DNA of 64,000 nt, from positions 119,352,001 to 119,416,000 of the forward strand of contig CM059431.1 in NCBI GenBank assembly GCA_030390025.1, given 5' to 3'. A program made the translations under genes and the position numbers. Source of the stretch: Squalus acanthias. Lineage: Eukaryota. Positions 1 to 12,693 of the stretch are shown here, piece after piece; within the stretch, counting starts at the first letter, position 1, and every line of letters starts with the position of its first letter. The notes below the pieces were generated by a model. That model made no database searches, had not been told where the DNA came from, and saw nothing but the letters and a program-made list of their open reading frames with translations.

Positions 1-840
1 TTTATCAAAATTTTTCATAATTTTAAAGACCTCTATTAGGTCACCCCTCAGCCTTCTTTTTTCAAGAGAAAAGAGACCCAGTCTGTTCATCTTTTCCTGA
101 TATGTATATCCTCGCATTTCTGGTATCATCCTTGTAAATCTTCTCTCCACCCTCTCCAGTGTCTCTATATCCTTTTTATAATATGGCGACCAGAACGGTA
201 TGCAGTACTTCAAGTGTGGTCTAACCAAGGTTCGATACAGGTTTAGCATAACTTCCCTACTTTTCAATTCTATCCCTCTAGAAATCAACCTGAGTACTTG
301 GTTTGCTTTTTTATGGCCTTGCTAACCTGTGTTGCAACTTTTAGTGATTTGTGTATTTGGACTCCGAGATCCCTTTGTTCCTCTACCCCACCTAGACTCG
401 CTCCCTCCAAGTGATAAGTGACCTCCCTATTCTTCCTACCAAAATGTAATACCTCACATTTATCTGTGTTGAACTTCATTTGCCAATTATATGCCCATTC
501 TGCAAGTTTATTAATGTCCTCCTGTAACTTGTTGCAGTCCTCCTCAGTATTGACTATCCCCCCCAATTTGGTGTCATCCGCAAATTTAGAAATTGTGTTT
601 ATGATTCCTAAATCTAAATCGTTAATGTAAATTGTGAACAGCAGTTGTCCCAGCACTGATCCTTGTGGAACACCACTACCCACCTTCTGCCACAGTGAAT
701 AGCTACCCTTTACTCTGACTCTCTGCTTTCTGTCCTGAACCCAGCCAGCAATCCATTCTGCTACTTGTCCCCTGACTCCGCATTATCTGACCTTGTTCAT
801 CAGTCTATTATGGGGTACCTCATTGAAGGCCTTTTGAAAA
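1..840 (-). mobile_element. CR1-type LINE fragment (RT region, degraded)
   Basis: ORF 285..683 reads SGVPQGSVLG...FTIYINDL...KFADDTKLGG, the CR1 RT core; broken by stops. Confidence 0.9.
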
Positions 841-842
841 GA

Positions 843-1168
843 CACAGTATCACAGAATCACAGAATCCTCACAGTGCAGATAGAGGCCATTTCGGCCCAT
901 CGAGCCTGCACCGACACATATCCCACCCTATCCCTGTAACCCCACGTATTTAATCCCGCTAACACTAAGGGTCAATTTATCATAGCCAAATCAACCTAAC
1001 CCACACATCTTTGGACTGTGGGAGGAAACCGGAGCACCCGGAGGAAACCCACGCAGACATGGGGAGAATGTGCAAACTCCACACAGACAGTCACCCTAGG
1101 CCGGATTTGAACCCGGGTCCCTGGCGCTGTGAGGTAACAGTGCTAACCACTATGCCACCGTGTTGCCC
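843..1168 (-). mobile_element. V-SINE/HE1-like tRNA-derived SINE
   Basis: Minus strand has a tRNA-like head (GGTGGCATAGTGG...GGTTCAAATCC), V-domain text (gtggagtttgcacattctcccc...gggtttcctccgggtgctccggtttcctccc) and a (GATTCTGT)n tail; second copy near 60539. Confidence 0.85.
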
Positions 1169-3145
1169 ACAAAGCACTGAAGATATGGTCAGAATGCAGC
1201 ACTATACAGTTTGGTAGTGCCTTCCTGTCACTTGTATTCTACTGCTCTGGCCCTATAATTTAGCCTTCTATTAACTTTATTGGTTGCTGCTGTGCATTGA
1301 TTGAACTTTTTGCGCATCAAGTTTACTAAGGCTCCTAAGTATCTCAACATCATTGCTGGCTATTTCAACATGTAGATCATGAACTGGAAATCCAGCAGAT
1401 TGGTGGTTTCATGGCATGGTTGTACATTCGCCCACCCATATCAACCCACCAGAAACCCACAGCATTTTCCTGGAGACAGCTTCCTTCCAGAGGGGATCGA
1501 TTACCGTTCTGAAAATGGCCATTTCCTCCCATTTTTGTTCAGCCTTTCCTAGGCCTCGGTATCTGCCATCAAAGCAGCATGGCGCTGCCTCAAATTTCCC
1601 GCTGGCAGTTGGGGTGGGACCTCGGATATACCTTTCCAAGTGTGGCCCGCCAGCCTCAATGGTGATAATCACCCTGTCCCCACGATTTAGGTTGGGGGGT
1701 CTGTGTCACTGACCATGAGTAGGCCGAAGTCTTGCGTCTGTCAGTGGAGCAAGTACTTAAAAAAAAAAAATCCTTTCAGTAAGTGGAGACCGCCCATTGA
1801 TGTTAAGTTCCTGTATGATATTATCCTGGCGACCAAGCTGGTTAAAGCAGTGAGTAACTGAGCTACCTTCACACCAGAGGCAGGTGCCATCAGGGTCATG
1901 CAACCCATGCAATTAGATGGGTCCCAGAGCAGATGGATTATCTGTAACCGGCTGCCGCTGGCATCATTGGTTCATCCAGGCAGACTGAGATCTCAGTCTA
2001 ATGTACTTTGTTTCTGCATGAGTTTTCTGTATGGAACCGCTACATTCCCATTTTCACTTTCGGACCGTGCAACCCGTGTAAGTCAGTGTCCCTGAGCAGA
2101 TCCAGTCCCCAAATTGTACCTTTGAAATGGGCCCCTACAAGACAAACACCTCCCCTGACACCAGAAAGGTTTTGGATTGAAACCACAGTTTGTGCTGAGT
2201 TAGCCAGATCAGTGGTAGGGTCCCATAATTAGCCTCTTAGTCCCTAGGTTTGAGAGTGGTGAATCAGCCAGGTTCCCTATACAGTGAGGCCCAACTTGAA
2301 GTGGGCCTGTGTAGATGTTAGTTGAGAACAGTATGTGACGCCCACCCGTCTCGCCTCACCCGACCATAATCAATTTGCCAGCTGAAACTCATTGCTAGGC
2401 TCACAGATGAAGGCCGGTGGATCACAGGAGATGATTGACATTCATGGAAGCCATGCCTTCAGGAGATGAGGGGGAAAAAATTGATGGAAATGTTACGAAA
2501 TAACTTATAACATCATAAAGTATGATGTTATTTAAGGAATGAGACAGTGGGTGAGATTTTCCGACACCCTGCACTACTGGGCAGGCGTACAGAGAGTAAT
2601 GGATGCACTGCCCATGTTTTTCCATCCACTGATTTCAAAGGGTAGAATATCACGGGCAGAGTCTTGAAAAATTTCACCCGAAGTATCAATTAATAGAACA
2701 TCGAGTTAAATATTCACAACTTAATCAAGGAGAGCAGGTGACATCAGGACTGATGATAGCAATGCTTTCCTGATTTCCAACTGTCACCCGAATCCAGTAA
2801 TCTGAGTTTGAACTCACCTCGGACTAAGAATTCCCCCGGTTGCTCTGTTTCGAAAATGCGTTTATGGAGATTTATTTTTGTCAGCATTGCCAGTGAAACG
2901 TGAACCTGATTCTTTTCGAATGTATTTACAACGGAGGAGCAGAGAAACAGAGGAAATCTTCACCAATGTATTAATGGTGTCACTATACATAATAGTGAGG
3001 AATTCTTACTGCCCATTTTTGCTTTTCATTCAGTATATCTTGGATAACATTTTTAAAAATTATTCGCAGTTTTTACTGTTATGAAAATATTTCAAATTCT
3101 CAGTGGTGTTTAGAGAGAGGTATAAGCTGTTCCTACAATGACTTT

Positions 3146-3874
3146 GGCCCGTATTTTCCGATGCCTACGGGTGTGTACGAGGTGTGTACACACCCGTAGG
3201 GACATCAGAAATGCCGGTTTCAGGCATGCGAAGCACATGCGCTGAAAACCGGCATTTCCGATCCGTCAAGAATGCTCTTGACAGATCGACGTCTGCCCTG
3301 GAGAAGGGCCTCTGCGGATGGAGAGTTCCGCTTTCTGCAGAACCTCCGCCCGCTGAAATCACTTAAAAATCTTATGCCTGGTAAAAGCAGGCGTAAGGCC
3401 TGCTTTTACCTGCATAAGAGTTTAAAAAAGTAAAAAGAAAAAAAATGTTTTTCACTCATTTATAATTTTAAAATACTTTTTAAAAAGGTAAGTTTATTTT
3501 TAGCCCCGTAAAAAACTTTAATTATTTTTTTCAAAAAATTAAATATTTGTTTAAAATAGTTAATTTAATGTAATTTTAACTCATTTTAAAAACGTGATGG
3601 TTTTTTTTTAATGTGTTTAATGTTTTGATGTCTTTTTTCAGTGATCCCCATTCATACTTTTGACAGGTCTATCTGTCAAAAGTATGAAGGGGGATTCCCT
3701 TCTCTCATTGGCTCGCCTGGCCCACGTGATCCCAGGGACGCTTGCGCATTTCGACTGTGGAGAGACCCAGGATCGGAAATGGCCGCACCTCGGGAGCCCT
3801 CAGGTAAGGACGTAGATTTTTTCCCGATAGGAGGCATCCGCACGCAGGAAGCCTCCTATCGGAAATTACGGGCC
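3146..3874. mobile_element. Harbinger-type MITE
   Basis: 17-bp terminal inverted repeats GGCCCGTAWTTTCCGAT (16/17 match), flanks TTT/TCT, AT-rich noncoding core; related partial copy at 33198. Confidence 0.8.
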
Positions 3875-3929
3875 TCTATGTCTGTAGCATTTTGTAATAG
3901 ATAAAAGAAGTAGAATACAAAAATGATGG

Positions 3930-4230
3930 AAAACAGCAGCAGAAAGCTAAATTAAAAGGCAGGAGCTCGAGGGTAATAATCTTGGGATTATTACCCAAGC
4001 CACGTGCAAATTAGCATGGGGCAAACAGATTAGGAAAGTTAACACGTGACTAAAGGATTGGTGTGGAAAAGAGGGGTTTCATTTCATGGGACACTGGCAC
4101 CAGTATTGGGACAGGATGGAGCTGTACTGCTGGGATGGGCTTCACCTGAATAGGACTGGGACCAAGGTCCTAGCTGAAAGGATCACTAGGGCAGTAGAAA
4201 GGACTTTAAACCAATAAAGGGGTTTAGGTC
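3930..4230 (+). mobile_element. CR1 LINE ORF1 (esterase-like) 3' remnant; the ORF2 endonuclease start resumes near 10190
   Basis: Degenerate translation ...GFHFMGHWHQYW...WDGLHLNRTGT...; after the Harbinger insertion an 'NSRSIRNKTSEL'-like endonuclease start appears. Confidence 0.6.
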
Positions 4231-4930
4231 TCAGGCAGAAATAAAAATAAAAGTTAAATAAAAGGATCAATACTGTTAAAGGTAATATATATGCTTCAGG
4301 TTCAGAAAAAAAATAAGAAATAACAACAAAATAGCTGAGAAGAGCACAACAGAAGTGATAAAAACAAGGGCCGGAATTTTCCTTACCAAGTCGGGTCGGG
4401 TGCGTGTGGGCCACGTGGCAGGTGGGTACTGCATTGTATTGATGAGCCCGCTCCTCAGAGCATCTTTCAGTTAATGGCTCCTATTAAGGAAGACATGCAT
4501 TTCCCGGCCCTATTAAATGGTGCGGGTCTGATTATGTCATCGATGACTCATTTTCAGCCGGGATATTTAAAGCAGCCTTGGGCACATCGCATTTGAAGGT
4601 TCATCGGGGAGTGTGGAGGGAGTATACTGGGGGATCTTGTTATTGCTCAGATTTGTAAACATGACGTCCTAAAGATGGAGGTCTGCACCCAGCTTTTTGG
4701 ATGACTCCCTACATATTCTTGTAGAGGGAGTCAGAGCACGCAGGGAGGTCCTCTTCCCTGCTGATGGGTGGCAGAGACCTCCCCAAGAGACAAAAAGAGC
4801 CTGGCTCCAAATAGCTGAGGAGGTGAACAGCAGCGATGTGGTGAGGCAGACCTGGGTGCAGTGCTGGAAATGCTTCAATGATATGATGAGATCAGGAAAG
4901 GTGAGTGCAAAGCCACACTCACCTTCATCC

Positions 4931-5355
4931 TAAATAACAACAGAAAACGCTGGAAAAACTCAGCAGGCGAGGCAGCATCCGTGGAGAGAGAAACAGAGTT
5001 AACGTTTCAGGTCGAAGACCTTTTGTCAGAACTGGAAATAGCAGGAAATGAAATAGATTTAAGGCAAGGATAAAGCTGGGAAAAGGGGGAGGGGATGAAA
5101 GAACAAAAGGAGAGATTAAGAGACATTAAGAGATGATCAAGGCAAGAGGTGGTGTTAATGTGACAGGTTGAGGCTAAAAGAAGTGTGAAATGCACTGGCA
5201 GAATGAAGGACAGCTGCCAGCTTCTGGGAGGAAAAAAAAGGGGGGGGGGGTAAACAAAAGGGTGGATGAAAAAATAAAATATAAATGTGATAGGGGCTGA
5301 GGTTATGATCTAAAATTGTTGAACTCGATATTGAGTCCAGAGGGCTGTAGCGTGC
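4931..5355 (-). mobile_element. Penelope-like element 3' fragment inside the Harbinger intron
   Basis: Matches 41290-41755, including the end of the ORF (..GLNIEFNNFRS*) and a mutated hammerhead motif. Confidence 0.8.
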
Positions 5356-5537
5356 CTGTCACCACATCCCCATCACTCTGCCTTCCCAAGCCAATTCCTG
5401 CACATCATTCCTCACACCAACATACCTTGCACGTCCACCCATCCCTCTCTCTCTATGTACATACTCACATCCCCCTCTGACTAAGCATCCCTCACACTCA
5501 CCCTCATCCGAGTGCAATCATACCAACTAACACCACA

Positions 5538-6642
5538 TGTAGAGATTTGGCCAATTAGTAGCTTATCTCTAGTCTTTTAAATAATCAGGATCGACTGCAA
5601 GCCAATATGGTGGGTATATTGTGTTTAATCAGAGTTTAAGGAGGAATATAACATGCTAGTTATACAGCAAAAACAGATGGCCGTGACAAGCAGCTGGTAC
5701 GGGTCCCGATCGGACAGACGGCTGGCGTGCGTGAACAGTTCTCTGGCTTCCGGCCTCTCTCTCTCTAGGGCCTTTGAGTTGGTGAGCGTGGGATCACTCT
5801 CAAAAGAGCGTTCGACCAGCCCAACTTCTGTCTGGCTCTCCCCTCCACCATCTGTGTGGGCAAGCACTCGGGGTGTCACTTTTATTCTCTTTTTAGGGGT
5901 GGGCCTGAGGCCAAATTATTCATAAGACCATTTAACCTATAAAGATTTCTCTAAAACCTCATCACCCAATGGCACCTCAAGTTCTTTGTCTTGGTTCTTG
6001 GATGAAAGCCCTCCCCAAAAGGGGGTCTCATTACTTCATCCAATTTGTCTTATTGTTTAATCTTTCTGAAGGTTCTTCCTTTGGAATTTGTGTCTTATCT
6101 CTCTTGTCTCTATCCTCCTTGACCCAGCAAGTACAAGATCTGACCTCATCCCTTTTCAATCAGGAGTCCCAAGCCAGAGCTGTCGCACTTTCATCCAGCA
6201 AATGGCCCATTCTAAGATGGATACCGTAACCTCCTCAAATTCCTTTCATTCTATGCCTTTTCCTAATTAACTTTTAATTCTCCCTACAAGCAGTTTTGTT
6301 AAGCTAACACCAATTCCTACCTTAGCATTGTATCATGGTTATTAGTAATAATAGAGAAAATGTAGGCATTTAGCCTTAGTTAGTCCAATTAGAGAAACAT
6401 AAACAAGGTTGAAATCCTAACTTGAAAACAAGATTATTTATGACCGTCACACTGCAGAATGCTATAACATCCGCAGGGAACCAAAACACAGGCAGATTCT
6501 ACGCATCTATCTAATTATTCTAAGACTAGTCTGAGAGACTTTCTGTCTCTAGTTCTAATACAATCATGTAAATACAGCATTACTCGCATCACAGTTTTAT
6601 CTGCAAAACCATATACATTTTGAACACCCCTGATTTCTAACA
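5538..6642. mobile_element. Probable solo LTR inside the Harbinger intron
   Basis: TGTAG...TAACA termini flanked by 4-bp direct repeat CACA; interrupts Harbinger intron sequence. Confidence 0.55.
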
Positions 6643-8329
6643 CACAGAAGAGGCCATTTGGCATTGGCACCACTCTCCCTCATAGTCACCCTCTAAAGAT
6701 GTAACCCACACAATCTTTACACTCATGCCATCACTCTCAATCAAACTTCTCTTCTTTCCCTCCTTGAAGAAGAGAGCGCACAACAGAGAGAGAGGGAGAG
6801 ACACAGGGGTGGCCCTCCATCCTTCAGCACTTTAGCTCCAGTAGAGGAGGTGGCCCTGGAGGTCTCAAGAGCTGCAGAGCTGCTGGCGGTGGGAGACGTA
6901 GAGAGGGGGACCTCTCAGCAACCTGGTGACAGAATTAAATCTCATACAGTCACATGGCATACAACAGTATCTCATATGGTGACTGATGTCAGCAGCCAGT
7001 GAATGTTCATCATGTGCATAATGGTATTGTTAACAATGCTTAGTATAACATTTCTAAATCATCTCTTTACTCTCCTACAGGTCCATCAAGAGCCCCCACC
7101 ACCACTCTCCAGCCGGAGGAGGAAGACGACTCCTCAGAGGAGCCTCCAGCCTCTGAGGGTGCACCGTCAGTAGACCTAAGCGCATCCAGCACCAGCGCAG
7201 ATACGCACACCTCGGTGGGTCCTATGCGAGATAGAGTAGTGTTGTCACCTGGTGTCTAACAAGTCACAAGTGAACAAGAGCAGATGGTGTAGACAGGGAC
7301 AGCAGTGGAGACCCTCGCTGGAAGGTGCAGGACGCTCCAAGCATGCAGACACTGAGCCTCGGGGGCCATCGAGAAAGAAGTGATCCTGGAGGGGCAAGAA
7401 ATACAGGAGGCTCTGGCAGTGTTTGCAGCCACGATGTCTGCAAATGTGCAGAGAATGGAGGAGTCCATCTCCAACATGAGCACCACCGCGTTGCAGACGA
7501 TAGCGACTAAGTGCTGTTCCATGGAAAGGATGGCCACCTGCATGGAGCAGCTAATGCGCCACTCACATGAGTACATGCTAGCTATGGACAGCAGATGGCA
7601 GAGGCTCATAGACTTCCTCTTTAAGAGGGATCTAAATGTAGACTTGGGTCCTCATGGCCCCACTGCTGTGCAGCAAGGTGCTCTCTATCTCCTTGCTAGC
7701 AGGGAAGTGCGGGTGGCCCATGAGAGGGATGATGGTGACAGGGGACATGGAAGAGGGGGCTCCTCACATTTCTCCCCCATTGCCCCCCCTCAGTCAGAGC
7801 CCCAGATGCCTCCTCGGATCGCTATGGCCGAGTCTGCCCTTGCACAGTCGCAGGAGGAGCAGATTTTGGCAGGGCCATCAGAGGCTCCAAAACCCAGAGG
7901 ACGTCCACCAAAAGTGTCTATGCAGTCGCAGCAGGGAAGTGAGCAGCCTGCCTCTGCTGAAGCCACAGGGGTTGCACCTCGTAGAAGCACGTGGAAAAGA
8001 AAAATGACACAGAAGTAGAGGCACAAGTGTAAGCACACATGTGTATAAGAAGTGTTATTGTTAAGGTTCCGTTACTGTTTTGACACATATAAAAGTATTT
8101 ATTTTCACCACTTTCCAGTCATGGCCAATATTGTCTGCTACTTTGGAAGTGGCCTAGTGAGTTGGAGTGAATGGTGAGACATAACGTTACCTCCAGCAAT
8201 GGGGGTCAGTGTGAAAGGAATGTCTTGGTCATTGTAGGGATGCTTTATGATGTTGTTGGATAGGGGGAACTTGGCACAGCATGTGGCAGCCATATGGGTG
8301 CAATGCAGGAAGTTAAGTGAATCTGGTCA

Positions 8330-9564
8330 TGATGAGGTCATCACTGGCCTACCGGGCAGCAATGTGCTCTGGTGCTGCTGGCATGTAGATCCCATGTTCC
8401 TCCTGCTCCTCCTCCTCGTCTTCCAGCTGATGTTCCTCCTCCTCCTCCTCCTCTGAAGAGGCTGTCTGTTCTGCACCTTGCTCCTCATGCAGCTCTAATC
8501 CTCGTTGCTGCACTATGTTGTGCAGCGCGCAACAAACAACAATGATTCTGGAGACCCTGGCTGGTGCGTACTGAAGGGCTCATCCACATCTGTCAAAGCA
8601 TCTGTCAAGACATCTGGCGTGCATCTTCAGCATGCCTATTGTTTGCTCTATGAAACATCTGGTGGACATGTGGCTTTCATTATAATGCTCCTCGGCCTCA
8701 GTACTTGGCCTCCTCAAGGGTGTCATAAGCCACGTCTTCAGTGGATGGACCTTGTTCAAGCAGCCAGCCGGAAAGTCTGTTTGGAGGAGCGAAGAGCTGA
8801 GGGAGGGTGGACTGGCGAAGGACGAAAGAGTCATGGCAGCTGCCAATGAATTTGGTGCACACATGCATGATGATGTTCCTATGGTTGCAGACCAGCTGCA
8901 CATTGAGGGAGTGGAAGCCCTTGCAGTTCACAAACACTCCTGGGTGATAATGGGGTGCCCTGATGCTCCACATGTGTGCAGTCGATGATGCCCTGCACCC
9001 GTGGGAATCCAGCCAGAGTGGCAAAGCCGAGTGCCCACTCAGTAACACTGGCTTCATCAGTGGCAAAGTTGACATGATTCGCTGACTTGTTAAACATGGC
9101 ATCGGTGACCTGTGTGATGCATCTGTGAGTGGCCGACTGTGAGATGCCACAAAAGACTGTTGTAGATCCCTGAAAGGAGCCTGAGGAAAAGAAGTTGAGG
9201 GCGCTGTTGACTTTGACAGCCACTGTCAAGGCCTGTCCACCATGTCCTCTGGGCTGCAGGTCTTGCTCCAGCAAGCTGCAAATGTCTGCGATGACCTGGT
9301 GTGATAGCCTGAGCCTCTTTTGGCACTGCTGCTCAGTTATGTTGAGGAAGCCCATCCTCTGCCTGTACACCCTGTTTTGGGGGTATCGCCTCCATCGCGG
9401 TGCAGCCCTGCGCTGATGCCCTCTGTCCTGTGGAGCATCAGGTCATTGAGAAGAGGGTTGTGGTGTTGTTGCTGCTGCTGCTGATGTGGCTGCTGCTGCT
9501 GGTGTTTGGGCTCATCCTGGTCCGATTCTGAGGACCAAGGTGAGACATTATAAGCATCACCCAT
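8330..9564 (-). pseudogene. Harbinger DDE nuclease (HARBI1-like transposase), frameshifted
   Basis: Fragments [58 protein letters not shown] spread over several frames. Confidence 0.9.
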
Positions 9565-10642
9565 GCTGATGTAATAGATGGCAGGTCAAGTAGAGATCAG
9601 AGGAGCAATCTGTCAATGTTGTGATAGTTACTAGCAATGTGGTGAGAATGGCTTCCGAGGTTGCAGAAAAGACTTGCAAACTCTAGATACCTAAATCTGT
9701 GTTCAAAATGCACTCAGCAAAAACCTTTCCCATAGGCAGGTAAGCAGGTATCACGTGGGAGTTTTTATTGGGATATCCATGCTCTGCATTAATGACCTCG
9801 ATCAATGGCCACTGAGATTCCACCTCAGGTTGACAGACGTGGTTTTCCAGTCTGCGTGATTCCCGCGGTCATCCAGTGAACTTCAAAATGTCTGGTTAAA
9901 ATCTCTGTTAAGGGTCTGACAACAAGGATTTATTGAGCTTAATTAGGTCGCCCACCTCTGCCGTTCGGGTCTGTGGCACGCTGGCAAACGCGCCCAAGTT
10001 AAAGACGCGAGGGGGCGGGATGACGGAGCGTTCCCGACGTTCTCCCATTTTCTGCTACTTTTACTGCTGATCCATCTCCAAACCCGCACACACGGCACCA
10101 GGAAAATTTCGGCCAAGGAGTGTGATAAGTTAAAATGTTTATTAAAACCAGCATCAATGCATAAAGGCAGGACAGGGTCTATTGCCCACTTAAACATTCT
10201 ATACTCAACTCACGTAGCATAAGAAATAAAACAAGTGAATTAGTTTTTAGCCCTCCAGATAGCAGTGATAAAATAGTGTTATACATAAACGCAGAGATCA
10301 GAGAAGCTTGTCGCAAAAACAAAGTCATTAATGACTTTAATTTTCACGTATACTGGGAGAAGCAGAACAGCTCGGGTCCCAAAGGCAGCAAATTTCTTGA
10401 GTGTATTCGGGACATCTGTCATTAGTTAGACCTGCCCTGGCATGTTTAGGTTTTCAAATTTTTTGCGTGGCAAGTTGCTGAAAGTGCGAGCTGATAACAT
10501 TACACCGAGAGGGAAACAGGGCATCTGGGACCAGAGTGAACAGAGCAAGAAACTGTGTATCTGCTTAACCAATTAGATTGAAGGATTGTGAAATTAACAG
10601 CGTGAGGACTGAGAAGGAAGTGAAAATTAGAGTGGGTGAATG

Positions 10643-12265
10643 TGTAAGGGATCCTCTCCTGACCCTGCGTGTCTCGTAGCCTGTGAGGTTCACGCGGCTC
10701 TGTGCAGCCTGTATGTCAGTGCGGGTCTAGGCCTGGTCTCCAGCCAGTCTGGGAACACTAGACACCCCTGTGAGTGGTTCGAATCACTCTCCCTTACGGT
10801 TCTAGACACTGGACTTAGATGCGAGAGCAGTAATGGAGATAAAACTCATGTAGACTTGGTTTGAACGGTACGAAATGGAAAATCTTTATTGCATGATACT
10901 TAAAATTATGAAATACATGTCATATGCACAGATTAATGACAGTACAATCTTACAAACAGTTATAATCACTCTTAGGGAAACGAGGAACGACCGGCACAAC
11001 GTAAATAGGGCACACATTACAAATATCCTTAATCTTTAAACCCTCCCCTATCAATAACTATCCTAAAACTAGCTTCGTAGGATCCCGAGACTCATGCTCA
11101 CCACTCGTAATAACTCGGAGAAATCCCGAATAGCTGATCGGATGTTTTTCACCGCAGCACCCACGTGTTGGTCAGGAGATCTCCTGGTCCCACTTGTTTA
11201 CTGCTTCTGCTGCTCGGTCAGTCGGCTGGACCGTCCGCTGTAGTGAAGACCTCTGTTGGTTGGATACAGGGTATGGTGGAGCACCGTTGTCAATATCGCT
11301 GATACGATGTGTTTGCACAGTCCAGTTATCATTGATGCAATATGTCTTGTTAAAGAAGAAAACTTCCTGTCGAGAAGACTTGGCTGATCGACCTACAGGC
11401 GCGGTCGGGATTTACTGACCGTGGCGATGGATAAGGTCTTCTTCTCTTCTCCTCTCATCTCATCTCATCTCATCTCATCTCATCCCGGGCCTTCGGTTCA
11501 GCTGCCAGCTACCAACATAGGTCTTTGCAACAGTCTTTTACCCAGGAGCAGCCACGAGGTTACGAATCGACCGGATAAAACACAGGAGCAGCCACGATGA
11601 TAACAGCAGCAAGCGGCAAGAGTCAAGAGCAAAAGAGCAAGAGAGCGAATGGACGGTTTGGGCCTGCAATTATAGTGCACAGTTCTTCCGTTTCCCGCCC
11701 AACTACAATGTCCATTCTTTTGTTTAAGGTTTGGCGCCCAAAAATGTCCTGTATGGGTGATCTCTGTCCTTAATGGGTTTCGGGGCTACTCCTGAATGTT
11801 TGAGTACCTGTTAATATTTCTCCCATTGTTAAATCGGTCGGTGTTCCCCCTGGAGGGGTTTGGGGCTTCCAAGTGTCCTGTATACCTACCTGCTAACGGC
11901 TCTCTCATCGTAGAGCCGTTGGGAGTTTACATATTAATGTCCTTTGGATGGGCCCTTGATGGCTTTCCTTTGTACCTGGGAGACCGATCCCAGTATCGAT
12001 GTTTATACTGTAAACCCATAATGTCCTGTGTATTGTCTTCACTGTGCTGAATCGTTATCGATCCTGCAAAAATGTTTATTGGAACGCCATCTTGTCTGCC
12101 TGCTGAAAAGTCTCGAATGTTCTGTCACGCGGTGCGGCGGCCATTTTACAGGCTGCTTGTGTCCAATTTAAACCTGACAGCATTCCGCTGAAATAAAAGC
12201 TGTTTTGAACGAAACTTGTGTTTTCTCCTTATAAAAATGAAATCGCGATAATTGCGAATTCTACA
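10643..12265 (-). repeat. 3' LTR
   Basis: Direct repeat of 18307-19929; AATAAA on minus strand at 10885-10890. Confidence 0.97.
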
Positions 12266-12277
12266 GTCCCTCCTGTT
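12266..12277 (-). promoter_or_regulatory. Polypurine tract
   Basis: Minus-strand AACAGGAGGGAC abuts the TG of the 3' LTR; short and impure. Confidence 0.7.
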
Positions 12278-12693
12278 GATGCGAATAACTCCGCTTATCG
12301 TATCAAAAAATCTCAGTGGTGAGCAATCTTATCTCGATTTCACTCCGAATCCAGTAAATTAATCCCATAAAATTTTAACTTCACTAGGGTCTCTGTGTCG
12401 TCCTCATTTCCCAAGAAAAAATCACATTTTATATCACCGTAGGCATCATTTGCCCTTAAACTTACACCACTTGTTTTCCTTCCCGGCGTAACCAGGCCGA
12501 TACCTCACGCATCACCTGTATATTTGTCTTTTATTCAAGGGAAGGAAAAACAAAACCCAAAAAACCGAACAATCAACACCATCACCAAAATAAACAAATC
12601 CCGACTCTTAAACATGTCGAGTTTCCAACGTATTTACAATGAGTACAAACTTCCGCGGCGCACGTGGCGAGCGGGAGTGACGCCATTTTCCCA

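Larger units (their letters stand above)
4675..8018 (+). pseudogene. Harbinger Myb/SANT-like DNA-binding protein, spliced, disrupted
   Basis: Exon 1 ...LVEGVRARREVLF...AWLQIAEEVNS...TWVQCWKCFND..GK ends at GTGAGT (4901); acceptor tcctacag at 7080; terminal part is ORF 7380..8018. Confidence 0.75.
4369..10114. mobile_element. Full-length, degraded PIF/Harbinger DNA transposon
   Basis: TIRs GGCCGGAATTTTCCT / AGGAAAATTTCGGCC, 3-bp TSD AAG (4366-4368, 10115-10117), convergent Myb-like and DDE nuclease genes. Confidence 0.85.

Noticed and set aside
8330..9564. Domesticated host HARBI1 gene
   Set aside because: Multiple frameshifts and it lies inside TIR/TSD-bounded transposon sequence
10772..10789. 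tRNA gene suggested by GGTTCGAATC
   Set aside because: No cloverleaf, acceptor stem or A-box; only a T-loop-like hairpin (kept as a finding)
11194..12050. Short ORFs duplicated in both LTRs as accessory genes
   Set aside because: 60-84 aa, mostly antisense or non-ATG starts, not conserved in the related LTRs
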